The notes under the pieces were generated by a model. The model was not told the origin of the DNA, ran no database searches, and was given only the letters and a program-made list of their open reading frames with translations. A DNA stretch of 64,000 bases from Amphiscolops sp. MND2022 (taxonomy: Eukaryota). Both the position numbers and the translations under genes were made by a program. Below, one piece after another: positions 48,423-58,639 of the stretch (position 1 is its first letter; the number at the start of each line of letters is the position of its first letter). Location of the stretch: NCBI GenBank assembly GCA_964187785.1, contig OZ076409.1:34660001-34724000 (forward strand), given 5' to 3'.

Positions 48423-51400
48423 ATGATTAATTTACCCCAAGAAGCTCTCCGAATACTTATCGATATTGCCAGTTCAAATCTTAACGACCAAGGTAATCAT
48501 GTGGAAACACTTGCTTTTTTACTTGCCATCAAAGAGGATGTGGATATTTACACAATCACAGATGTCATCCTTCCTACTCAAACAAGTAGTGGAGTGTTTG
48601 TTGAAGATCATGGCGTCAATAATCAGGATTCTGCTGCTTTTTTGCACAATCTATGTAATCAAGTTCCAACTAAATTTGTAATCGGCTGGTTCCATACACA
48701 TGTCCGTGGTACACCATTGATGCTGAGTGCTGTTGATTGTCATACTCAGTTCTTGTACGAAACAGCAGTGTTCAATGGAGTCAAAGCTTTTGTGTTGCAT
48801 CTGCCGTCCCGGTCCCTTGAATGCTATCAATTGACTGAAACCGGTTTGAATGCTTTACGTTTGTGTACGCTTCAGTACCCCTGGAAGGCAACCATCCAGC
48901 ACCCCGAATGCTTTCAGTCTTCATTTTATTTCTCCTTGAAACATCTTCTGAAAATTGGAGACACTTCTGTTACATTTATTGATGCCACAGAAAGCAAGCC
49001 TTTTTCTCAACCACTTGGCACTTACGAAAAGTTTCTATGTGGCAGTAAACTTCCGACAACCAAAGTCTTGGAAAGCTGTCAACCTTCCTCCATTAATCAG
49101 ACACCTGATTGCGCCTTAAAATGCATTTCTTGCGGAAAATCATTCCGAGATCTTCGAAAAAAGCGCAAGCATCTCAGCAGAACCAAATGTATTGAATCCG
49201 TCGCATCTAACAATGCACTTTCCCAGCCTGTTCCACCTGTCGACCCCGTGAAATATCTCGAACAGCCTTGTGTGGGTTGTTCAACAATTTTCCAGAATCA
49301 AAAAGAGGCTTTTCAGCATTTCTCTCGAAGCGCTTGTAGGACTTTGTACAAGACAGTTCTAGCACAGAGAAAGCGATTGAAAAAGCAAATTTATGACAGA
49401 GCTAGAACTGAAAAAGACATTCGACAACCACGATCTGTCAAAATGATGACCAGTATTAGAAATAAAACTCAGTATGAAAAAAATCGGATGAGGTTGAAGA
49501 GAAAGTATGTTGTTTCGTTGAAAGATAAGTTGAAGAAGAAGTACCAAGATAAATTCAAGGAACAATTGAGATTGAAATACCTAATCCATTGCAAGGAAAT
49601 TCGGAGGATGAAATATCAAGAAACCTTGCAGAGCAAATTGAAAAAAAAGTATCAAATGGATCTGAAGGAAGCACTCAGCCATAAGTACCGTCACGGATTG
49701 AAGGAGAAACTTCGTGTCAAATACCAGACGAAGTTGGAGGAATCTCTAAAAGTGAAATATCATGCTCTATTGAAGGAACCTTTGAGAAGGAAATACCAGA
49801 CTTCTTTGAAGGAACCTCTGAAACTGAAATACCAGACTTCGTTGAAGGAACCTCTGAAACTGAAATACCAGACTTCGTTGAAGGAACCTCTGAAAATGAA
49901 ATACCAGACTTCTTTGAAGGAACCTCTGAAATTGAAATACCGCGCTTCATTGGAGGAGCCTTTGAAAATAAAATACCAGGCTTCATTGAAGGAGCCTCTC
50001 CGGATCAAGTATCAGGAATGTCTGAGAGAGCCCCTTCGCATTAAGTACCAGGAGTCAATCAAAGAACTTTCCCAACTGAAATATCGAGTCAAAAAGTCCA
50101 CGAAGACGTTTGGTGAACTTTTGAATGAATTCCGTCGAGGTATGTGTTTGGGCCTAACTTTTGAATGTATCTGCTGCGAACGAGTACTCTTCGAAAATGG
50201 TGTTGTTAAATTGTCCGAAAGCGCCTTTTCCCGACTTGACAAGCAATTAATTGCAAGAAGCATCAATTCTGAACTTCTTTCCGGTCCAAAGTTTTTGTGT
50301 CACTGCTGCCATCGAAATTTACAAAAGGGTGAATTACCGAGCATGTCTGCTCAAAATAGTCTGACAATCGAGTCAATTCCTGAAGAACTTAAACTATCAG
50401 ATTTTGAAATGCAACTGATTGCTAAAGACCTTTTGTTCATGAAAATTTTCAATTTGCCGAAGTCACGCATGCCAGCGGTTAAGGACAAAGTTATAAATGT
50501 GCCTTTAACGCATACTGATCTTGAAAATACAACAAAAATTCTTCCACGTAACTTAGACGATTCGCTGCTAGTCAACGTGCAATTCAAGCGATGCAAAGAT
50601 TTCAAAAATGTTCATTCAGAAGCGCTTGTGCGTCCGCACTTGTTGCTCAAGGCACTAGCGTGGCTGCAATCCAGCGGAAATCTTTTCTACAATGATGTTG
50701 TCCTGAATGAAAAGTTTTATCTGGACGAAACTGCCCTTTTTGCAACCGATGAGCAGCCGGAAGACGACCAGGAAGCAGCTCAAACGAAAAACGAAGATAA
50801 CTTGGACACATGTCTCATTCCTCAGAACTCGGCTGCTCACGTGATTTCGAATTATGGTGTTGTCCGCAGAGTTGTCTCGGAAACTATTGTTGTCGCTCCA
50901 GGAGAGAACAAACTTCCGACGAACTGGTTGGCTAATGTGGACTTCGAAGCCAAGTCCTTTCCTTGCTTTTTCCCGTCCGGAAAATTTACATTGAGTGATA
51001 CCCGGGAGGTGAGAATTAGTTCGCAGCAATATTTCAGTCAGAGAATTATGAACAAAAACCCTCGTTTCGCTGAAGACAGTAGCTATTTGTTTGCTGCTCA
51101 GCAGCGAGTAGAAAGAGAACAACTGGAACGACAATGCAATATTTTTTTTCGCAAAGGGAAAACAGAACGTTTGGATAATGACACCGTCAAAGTAAGCCAA
51201 GATGACATACAAACAGTCTTTCAGCGAATTCGTGGAACTAGTCAATACTGGAGGGTCGCTCGTAATGAATTAATTGCAAAAGTTAAGCAGCTCGGTCCTT
51301 TCCAGTACTTTTTCACGCTCTCATGTGCTGAAATGAGGTGGTCCGAGGTTTTCGCGACGATTCTGAAATCACAAGGACATACAATCAGCATTGAAACCAA

Positions 51401-54400
51401 GTTTGACCCAAATGGTAATAATTTTCGAGTACTTGTCGGTGACGTGCCATTGGAACTGTTTCTGGAATCCCAACCCATCGAAAGAGTTACTGTCCTACAA
51501 CAGTTTGTCGTACATGTTACGAGGATATTCAACAATAGAGTTCAAACTTTCATTCAAAAAATAGTAATGTCAAAGTACGAAGGCTGCTTGCCGGTTTTAT
51601 TTTATTCATACCGTGTTGAAATGCAATTACGAGGAATGGCCCATATTCATGGCTGCTTGTGGTTGGATGAAGCGTTTTTGCGTGATTGTAGCTTTTTGAG
51701 TGAACAACAGTTAATCACCAATCTCATTGACAATTTCATCACTTGTGCATTGCCACCTGAGGCGGATCCCTTGCGGCAAGTTGTTCAAGAAGTTCAAACC
51801 CATCATCATACGAAATCGTGTACGAAGAAATCTTCCTCGTGCAGGTTCGGCTTCCCTAAGTTCCCTTCAGAAGTGACTTTGATAGCTCAGCAACCGGATT
51901 CCGAAGATGAGAAGTCCATTGAACAGGGTCGTCAGGTACTACAAAAAGCGAAAAGTTTATTACATGGTCCTAATCCGCCACTCACTTTCGAAGATTTCTA
52001 CGAACAGCTGAACGTCTCTCGCGAAGTGTATCATTCCGCGCTCTCAATATCTTCAAGAGGAAAAATCGTCATCCTCAAACGGAACCTCAATGAATTGTAT
52101 ATCAACAATTATAATTCAAAGTGGCTAACGGCGTGGAACGGGAACATGGATCTCCAGTTTTGTTGCGACCCCTATGCCGTGGTTACGTATATTTGTGACT
52201 ACTACTCGAAGGATGAGACAGGCCTCACCGATGTTCTCAAGCAAACTGTCAAACAACTGGACGAGCGTCAATCACCATACGACATGCTCAAAATTCTGAA
52301 AAGTGTGTATCTTAATCATCGGCAGATTGGAGCTTGCGAGGCGACATATAGACTTCTGAAAAGTTTGCATTTAAAAGACTCAAACATAACTACAGTCTTC
52401 TTAACCACTGGTTTTCCGGAAAATAGGTATCGTTTCTTGAAATGGACAGAGGAACAGGATCCTCAGAATGAGGCTGTACAGATAGAAGGACGAGAACGAT
52501 CTTACTTGTGGACCATGACGATACATGAGAAGTACAGCAAACGGCCTTCTGCCCTCATTGACATGTGTTTAGCAGAATTTGTGATCAACTATAAGACTAT
52601 GCCCTCAGATAAAGTGCCAAACGAAAACGAATTGTCGCAAAGTAAACATGGTTTGCCACTTTTTGTTGTTTTGAACGATAACGCTGGAGTGATGCGTTTG
52701 CGGGAAATTCCATGTGTTTTGCGATTACATGAGTCCAAAAAGAAGACGGAAAACCACGAGTTTGTTTACTCTGAGTGCTTACTATACTTTCCATGGAAAA
52801 ATGAAGATGAGCTGCACCGATATTCATCCGAGGATTCCATCAAATTATACCATGACAATCGAGAAGTGATCGTCAAAAATAAGTGCAAAATTTTCCCCTT
52901 TTCGCAAGAAAATGAACTAATTGAAGAATGTCTCACTTCTGTTGACACAACTGCTCACCTACCTGTCCATATTGGTGACACTCTAGATCCTCAAGGTGAG
53001 CAAATGAACGATGACGAATTGGATGAGCTCCTGAACCCTGAATTCAGCAACAGACATCCCGGATCCTTCTCCGCTAATGAGACTTCTGTTTCACGTAGTA
53101 CACTGCCAACGATAAAGATTCTGCAACCGACGGAAATCAGACAATGTATTCGATCGTTACATGAAGAGCAGCGCAAAGTTTTTGATGTGATTGCACATTT
53201 CGTCCATCAGTTCTTGCGTGGTGGCAACCCAACGCCTCCACTGTTTATCGTCCAAGGAGAAGCAGGCACTGGAAAGACCAAACTCATCAATACAGTTATG
53301 AACTATGTCTCATCTATTTTAGCTGGTGGTGGTTCGCAACTTGACAAACCAAAAGCGCTGGTCGTCGCTCCGACCGGAATGGCTGCTTCGCTCGTGAACG
53401 GAAGTACATTACATTCAACGTTTCAACTTAATTTTGGCGATGAACTCACCAATCTTGCTGATAGTTCACTCGACAAATTGAGGTCCACATTGGAAGATCT
53501 AGTCATACTGATTGTCGATGAAATTAGTATGGTACGTTCGGACCTCTTCTACCAACTTCACGAGAGGCTTCAATCAGTGAAACAAAACGATCGCGTTTTC
53601 GGGGGTGTTTCCGTGCTGCTTTTTGGCGACCTCCTGCAGCTCAAGCCTGTTCGCGGTCATTTCATTTTTCAACAACCACGAGCTCAAAGATATGCCGAGT
53701 ACTATGACTTTTTCAATCTCTGGATGCAGTTTCAGTCTGTCGTCCTCCAAGCTAATCATCGGTTAGGTATTAACATTTCACTAGTATTTAAATGTGTACT
53801 GCCTTTTCTTTTACCTATACTGTGTTTTAGGCAGAAAGGTGATTGCAAATGGATAGAAACCCTGCAGCGTGTAAGGACTGCTTCGCTAACTGAAGATGAC
53901 CATACCCTTTTATCATCTCTACAAGTACCTGACAACAAGCTTTCCCTAGCACCAGACGCTACCCGGATATTTTACACGAATGCCGAAGTGGATTCTTACA
54001 ATAATGAGAAGCTGAATAGTTTACCTGGACAAATGTTTGTTTCTAAGTCTGTAGTTACCTCTCCAGTCGGATGTCGACCAAAAATAACGCGTGGGAAAAT
54101 TGATGACACGGCTTTTAATGACTTGGTCAGTTTGAAAGTGGGATCTCGCGTGATGTTGATCTATAATGTAGATGTCAAAGATGGCCTAACCAACGGCCAG
54201 TTGGGAACAATTGTGGACATCATTTCCTCTGACTCGTGTCGAATTGATTGTGTGCTAGTTAGTTTCGATGACAAGAACGTCGGTACCTCTCTTGCCCACC
54301 AGTACCCGCAATTTCAAAAGACTTACCCGGGGGCTGTTCCGATTTTCAAAACTTTCGTATCCTACCAGCTTGGTGGAAAAAGTCAACATGGTGCCCGCTC

Positions 54401-55274
54401 ACATTTGCTACAACTCCCCCTCCGCCTCGCTTGGGCTCTAACTTGCCATAAAGTACAGGGTCAAACTTTTCCTTCTGGACAAAAAATAATTATCAAATGG
54501 GATCGAAGTCTACAACCTGGAATGGCATACGTCATGCTTAGCCGGGCCAAAAGTATGTCGGACATTTCAATAACAGGCGACTTCTCTTCACGACAAATAA
54601 GATGTAATGCTGAGGCCAAGCTAATGTGCGAATTTCTGCAGCTTCCCGAAAGGTCAGCAACATCTACCGCAAACATTTTCATGAACAGTTCTAAGCTGAG
54701 ATTTTGTTGCCTAAATATCCAGTCTTTAAATGCCAATATTGAAGATCTTAAGGCAGATTATCTCATCAATTCTTGTGACTATCTTCTGCTGACTGAAACC
54801 TGGCTAGAGATGAGTCAACCAGTTCCTGACTTGCAGACTAGATTTTTGAAATCCAAACATTTGAAGGAAGGCAGAGGGCGAGGTTTAAGTGTTTATTCGA
54901 ATCATACAAACTGCGAAATACAACTTCATAACTCAATGATCAAAATTCTTCTAATGGCTGCGAATTTCTCAGTTATTGGAGTCTATAGAAACCATCAATG
55001 TCCTTTCTCATTTTTCCTGTATAACTTGCAAAACTGTATCACCGATGAAACTGCTATCATCATGGGAGATTTCAACTACCCGGACTCAACTCGCATTGGA
55101 GGCTTCCTTGAAAAGCTCGGCTTCAGGCAGCTTGTCGCTTCGCCCACGCATTGTGCAGGCAACAAACTCGATCTCTGTTTCGTGAGATTTATTGACGTCT
55201 CACTATTTCTTCATCCTTGCTACTATTCCCATCACGATTGTATTTGTTTAACTGTCAATAGCATCGAGTCCTAA
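48423..55274 (+). CDS. Helentron polyprotein: JAMM/MPN+ protease, C2H2-like Zn fingers, 12-aa repeats, HUH Rep, PIF1 helicase, AP-type (EEP) endonuclease; one 69-bp intron
   Basis: ETLAFL...GWFHTHVRGTPLMLSAVD (JAMM); RVEMQLRGMAHIHGCLW and YICDYYSK (HUH/Y2); GEAGTGKT, DEISMV, FGDLLQL, TCHKVQGQT, YVMLSR (PIF1); LNIQSL, LTETWL, MGDFN, LDLCF, YSHHD (EEP). The ATG follows an acceptor at 48418. Confidence 0.93.
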   Translation: MINLPQEALRILIDIASSNLNDQGNHVETLAFLLAIKEDVDIYTITDVILPTQTSSGVFVEDHGVNNQDSAAFLHNLCNQVPTKFVIGWFHTHVRGTPLMLSAVDCHTQFLYETAVFNGVKAFVLHLPSRSLECYQLTETGLNALRLCTLQYPWKATIQHPECFQSSFYFSLKHLLKIGDTSVTFIDATESKPFSQPLGTYEKFLCGSKLPTTKVLESCQPSSINQTPDCALKCISCGKSFRDLRKKRKHLSRTKCIESVASNNALSQPVPPVDPVKYLEQPCVGCSTIFQNQKEAFQHFSRSACRTLYKTVLAQRKRLKKQIYDRARTEKDIRQPRSVKMMTSIRNKTQYEKNRMRLKRKYVVSLKDKLKKKYQDKFKEQLRLKYLIHCKEIRRMKYQETLQSKLKKKYQMDLKEALSHKYRHGLKEKLRVKYQTKLEESLKVKYHALLKEPLRRKYQTSLKEPLKLKYQTSLKEPLKLKYQTSLKEPLKMKYQTSLKEPLKLKYRASLEEPLKIKYQASLKEPLRIKYQECLREPLRIKYQESIKELSQLKYRVKKSTKTFGELLNEFRRGMCLGLTFECICCERVLFENGVVKLSESAFSRLDKQLIARSINSELLSGPKFLCHCCHRNLQKGELPSMSAQNSLTIESIPEELKLSDFEMQLIAKDLLFMKIFNLPKSRMPAVKDKVINVPLTHTDLENTTKILPRNLDDSLLVNVQFKRCKDFKNVHSEALVRPHLLLKALAWLQSSGNLFYNDVVLNEKFYLDETALFATDEQPEDDQEAAQTKNEDNLDTCLIPQNSAAHVISNYGVVRRVVSETIVVAPGENKLPTNWLANVDFEAKSFPCFFPSGKFTLSDTREVRISSQQYFSQRIMNKNPRFAEDSSYLFAAQQRVEREQLERQCNIFFRKGKTERLDNDTVKVSQDDIQTVFQRIRGTSQYWRVARNELIAKVKQLGPFQYFFTLSCAEMRWSEVFATILKSQGHTISIETKFDPNGNNFRVLVGDVPLELFLESQPIERVTVLQQFVVHVTRIFNNRVQTFIQKIVMSKYEGCLPVLFYSYRVEMQLRGMAHIHGCLWLDEAFLRDCSFLSEQQLITNLIDNFITCALPPEADPLRQVVQEVQTHHHTKSCTKKSSSCRFGFPKFPSEVTLIAQQPDSEDEKSIEQGRQVLQKAKSLLHGPNPPLTFEDFYEQLNVSREVYHSALSISSRGKIVILKRNLNELYINNYNSKWLTAWNGNMDLQFCCDPYAVVTYICDYYSKDETGLTDVLKQTVKQLDERQSPYDMLKILKSVYLNHRQIGACEATYRLLKSLHLKDSNITTVFLTTGFPENRYRFLKWTEEQDPQNEAVQIEGRERSYLWTMTIHEKYSKRPSALIDMCLAEFVINYKTMPSDKVPNENELSQSKHGLPLFVVLNDNAGVMRLREIPCVLRLHESKKKTENHEFVYSECLLYFPWKNEDELHRYSSEDSIKLYHDNREVIVKNKCKIFPFSQENELIEECLTSVDTTAHLPVHIGDTLDPQGEQMNDDELDELLNPEFSNRHPGSFSANETSVSRSTLPTIKILQPTEIRQCIRSLHEEQRKVFDVIAHFVHQFLRGGNPTPPLFIVQGEAGTGKTKLINTVMNYVSSILAGGGSQLDKPKALVVAPTGMAASLVNGSTLHSTFQLNFGDELTNLADSSLDKLRSTLEDLVILIVDEISMVRSDLFYQLHERLQSVKQNDRVFGGVSVLLFGDLLQLKPVRGHFIFQQPRAQRYAEYYDFFNLWMQFQSVVLQANHRLGINISLVFKCVLPFLLPILCFRQKGDCKWIETLQRVRTASLTEDDHTLLSSLQVPDNKLSLAPDATRIFYTNAEVDSYNNEKLNSLPGQMFVSKSVVTSPVGCRPKITRGKIDDTAFNDLVSLKVGSRVMLIYNVDVKDGLTNGQLGTIVDIISSDSCRIDCVLVSFDDKNVGTSLAHQYPQFQKTYPGAVPIFKTFVSYQLGGKSQHGARSHLLQLPLRLAWALTCHKVQGQTFPSGQKIIIKWDRSLQPGMAYVMLSRAKSMSDISITGDFSSRQIRCNAEAKLMCEFLQLPERSATSTANIFMNSSKLRFCCLNIQSLNANIEDLKADYLINSCDYLLLTETWLEMSQPVPDLQTRFLKSKHLKEGRGRGLSVYSNHTNCEIQLHNSMIKILLMAANFSVIGVYRNHQCPFSFFLYNLQNCITDETAIIMGDFNYPDSTRIGGFLEKLGFRQLVASPTHCAGNKLDLCFVRFIDVSLFLHPCYYSHHDCICLTVNSIES
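49500..50090 (+). repeat. Coding 36-bp minisatellite (12-aa LKEPLKLKYQTS repeats)
   Basis: About 8 close copies at ~49770-50060, with more diverged KY-x10 units upstream. Confidence 0.9.
53762..53830 (+). other. 69-bp in-frame GT-AG intron in the helicase
   Basis: CG|GTTAGG...TGTTTTAG|G; removal restores the PIF1 motif NHRQ and deletes a hydrophobic 23-aa insert. Confidence 0.85.
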
Positions 55275-55482
55275 TCTTCATCTTTTCTTTGTTATGTTAA
55301 GGATGTTAAATGTTGATTTATTTGAAGTTTGTTTTAAATGTCCAGTTTTCGAATTCAATTTTGTTTACAGAATTTTTTGTGTAGAAACTCGGTGAAGCAT
55401 CTGTTACACGAATAGAATAACAGTCATATCAAGTGTTTCAAGTTCTTAGCCGAGAGTGTAACCCGCATTTTAGTTTGGATTT

Positions 55483-55580
55483 AACTTTTCAAAGTTGGGA
55501 TGTAACCTTTTCAAAGTTCGGTTGTAACAATATAACGTTTTCAAAGTTTGGATATAACGTTTTCAAAGTTCGAATATAAT
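55483..55580. repeat. Short ~20-bp tandem repeats (AAC.TTTTCAAAGTT.G.AT) in the Helentron 3' region
   Basis: Four TTTTCAAAGTT units are visible. Confidence 0.75.
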
Positions 55581-55799
55581 GTTTCCCTTGGATGTGCATT
55601 TTTTGAAGTTTTCGATTTGTAAAAAACGTTTAATGAGCCTAAATGACCTGTTTTGTGTTTTTCGGCATCATGCGACTTTTTTTATCAAATACTTTTTGAG
55701 GGTAAAAATTAATTTTTCCAAGTGTTTCCAATCGTTGTTCTTTGAATCATTTTGACCCTAATATATGGCGCCGACTTGGGACGTTCCCGTCTTGTTTCC

Positions 55800-56268
55800 T
55801 TTTCAGTTGACAATCTCACTCTGAGTGGTCCACTTTTCTTACATTCTTTGTTCATTTGTTCAACTAATTTTCTGAGAAGCAGGAGATCGTGGGTTCGATT
55901 CTCGCACTAAACCACAAATTTTTTTATGCTTCCAAAAGTAGATGGGAGACCGAATTTTTTTTTTCGTTTGGTGTTTTTCGTTTGGTTTTTTTGTTTGGTT
56001 TTTTTTCGGCACTATGCGACTTTTTTTCGAAAATTTTCGGATTCTGTCAAAGGGTACCCCCTTGCATTTTTTGAAGTTTTCGGTTTGTAAAAACGTTTAA
56101 TGAGCCTGAATGGCCTCTTTTTGAGTTTTTTGGCATTGTGCGACTTGAAAATTTTTTTCGAAAAATTTTCAAAAACATTTTTTTTGAAAAAAAAAACTAA
56201 TTTTTTGCAAATGTTTCCAATAGTTGTTCCTTGAACATTTTTGAGCCTTAGATATGGCGCCGACTTGA
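55800..56268 (+). mobile_element. HINE-like copy in tandem immediately after the autonomous Helentron
   Basis: Starts TTTTCAGTTGACAATCTCACTCTGAGTGGTCCACTTTTCTTACA (same as ~44920-44963); 56064-56145 resembles 55596-55680; ends GGCGCCGACTTG. Confidence 0.8.
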
Positions 56269-56587
56269 AGTTGTAGGTTACCAAGCTAGTTTTCCATGAT
56301 TTTATAAAATTCTCAAAGAAATGTCCATGCATTAAAGCTTCACAGATTCGATTTAATTTTATCGAGCTGCCTATAAAATGCATCTTAAATTTGGCGGCAA
56401 TTTCGGGCCGCAAAGTTTTGCAGGTTCCATCAAGACGCCGTTCTAATTTTGAAAGCAGCTGAGACCGTCATCAATTTTAACGCTACAAAATGTTTCCATG
56501 CATGGTCCCGGAATTTTCCATGTTTTATAAAAAAAATTAGCCTGCATGTTTCCATGCAGCATGTAAAAAGTTCAAGCAATCTCGGCT

Positions 56588-56685
56588 AGGGACATACATA
56601 CAGGGTGAGCTCTGAAGTCAGACGAAAAAAACTAGCCATTGTAATAGTCGGGCTTTTTTCTCTTAGAAAAAGCGCCGACTGAAAA
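56588..56685 (-). mobile_element. 5' end fragment of a HINE-like element
   Basis: The minus strand reads TTTTCAGTCGGCGCTTTTTCTAAGAGAAAAAAGCCCGACT, the same stem-loop layout as 44851-44890. Confidence 0.75.
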
Positions 56686-58639
56686 GAACAGAGAGTTTCA
56701 AAATCCAAGTGTTTTTTCTCACAATTTTCAGCAGTGATATTTTGATTAGATTGGTTGTTTTTGCTGCATTTTGGCTTTTCTTGGACTTCTATGGGCATCA
56801 ATGCGCTGAAAGGATACCAAAATTTTGATCTGAAAATCCACATTGTTTTTTTTAGAAATTGAAGTTTGTGAAAATTAGACGGGGTGTTTCCTGATTTGTG
56901 AGTCGAACAACAATAAATTCTTGATATCCATTGTCTAGAAAAAATCATGAAACAAAGGACGTTCTTGCAAACCTTCGGAAGAACATAGCTTCCCATCACA
57001 ATCATTTATGCTAAGATACAAGTTGATAGAAATGTCGAAAAAATTTTAAATGCTTTCATTTCAGTTTGAATTCTTGTTGAAAGTGTAAAAACGTTGAAAT
57101 GAGGAGAAATGTTTTATCGATATATGAGCAGCCAAATATGACAAATTGTTTTCTAAGAGTAAAACTTGGATGTTTTCTGATAAAATTGGCTATTAATTCG
57201 TATTCACCAATAATGTCGCTGTAACACAAAAGGCTTCAGGCAACGTGTATTCTGAAATGACTCAAAACTCAGAACAGCCAAGGTTCTCAGCATTTGTTAG
57301 GGTTGCAACTATGAAGAGATGTACTCTTTGTTCTATCTTGCGGAGGTTTTGACAATTTAGGCGTGTAATTTTTAACAAAAGTGACCCTATTGTCAAAATT
57401 TCATTTCAACACTTCGTAAGTTTTTCGCTTTTTCGGAATCTTCGTCTGATAGAATCGCTGAAACTAAAAAACTGCTCGGTTTCTTCAAGATTTTATGAAG
57501 CTTTCGCCACACATTGCCTTGCTTCCCAGATAAAGTTAAAGCAAGACAGTTGTTTTGTCTGATTGTTTGGTGGCTTTTTACCCACTCTCTCACAATCGTT
57601 TTGAGGTTCGAGCGTAGCGACATGCTCAAATGCAATAATTCCTCGATTTGATTTGAAAATTTTTTTTGTATATATTTCACAAAGTTCGAAGTTTTTTCGA
57701 AATTTTTGATTAAAAACGAGAAGAAAATAACTTGGGTTTGGTGCCAAAAGCATTTAATTGTCCTAAGTTATTTTTTAAACGTTTGGTACGTAGCAGCTGC
57801 TGTTACTCATCACTGGGATATTAGGAGGTATCAAAACAACATCGGCATGCTTTACAAGTTTTTTTAACATATAAGTTATTCAAATGTGCCAAGAACTGAA
57901 CGTAAAATGACACCGATTCTTAATCTGGGCAGAAGCTATGACATCAGCTCCACAAACAGTAATGCAAAAGTAAAACCCGAGGGTTGTAACTCTATTGATT
58001 TCAACAAGTCTTTCGAATAAATAGTCTTTCTTCAGCGCCACAGGAATCCCAGACACGTACAAAAACACAGCAGTTTTGGCAAACCTTATAATCATGAGCG
58101 ATGGGTTTGAACTTGAGATTACACTTGACTCCAATTTTTGTCGGTGAACCAAGTTTGAGATCAACTGAAGCGCTGATAGTTTGGAAGACTTAAATCGCTT
58201 AAGAAACAACTTAGTATTGTCGAATGCTGTCCTATTTATCGACAGAAACTACAATTAGTTCACCGAGAGAGCTGCTTTTGAAAGTTTCCTTGGTTGCGAG
58301 GTGGTCGTTTCTTCAGGACACCTGTCCAGCTACTCGTACGGTTTTTTCCTGCAACGAATTTGCTCTAAAACTTTCTACAGTAACTTCTGATTGCGCAACG
58401 CGAGTTATAGGAAGAATTTCCTCATAAACTAATTTTGATGAAAAAGACAACTCTTTTTTGTTCTTGACGACTTTAGGTGGCTCCGCAATTTTCAAATAAC
58501 CAAGGACGTTTTACTATAATGTTCACCTGATAAAAGCGCCCATGACGGTGTACAGATAATGTTGAAGATAAATCTAAGTACTTGTCTTATATATGTTCTT
58601 TGTAATTTACTACAACGTTAAACAAGTTCTGAAATGGAT

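Larger units (their letters stand above)
44819..55797 (+). mobile_element. Autonomous Helentron (endonuclease-bearing Helitron), ~11 kb
   Basis: 5' T-run + subTIR AGTCGGCGCC (44824, duplicated at 44854) + inverted GCCCGACT (44883). 3' subTIR GGCGCCGACT (55767) + GGGA-CGT-TCCC hairpin + TTT. Internal Rep/Hel/EN ORF; no TSD. Confidence 0.85.

Noticed and set aside
49359..54736. Multiple antisense ORFs within the Helentron CDS (also within gag/pol)
   Set aside because: Shadow frames of long coding sequences and of the 36-bp repeat.
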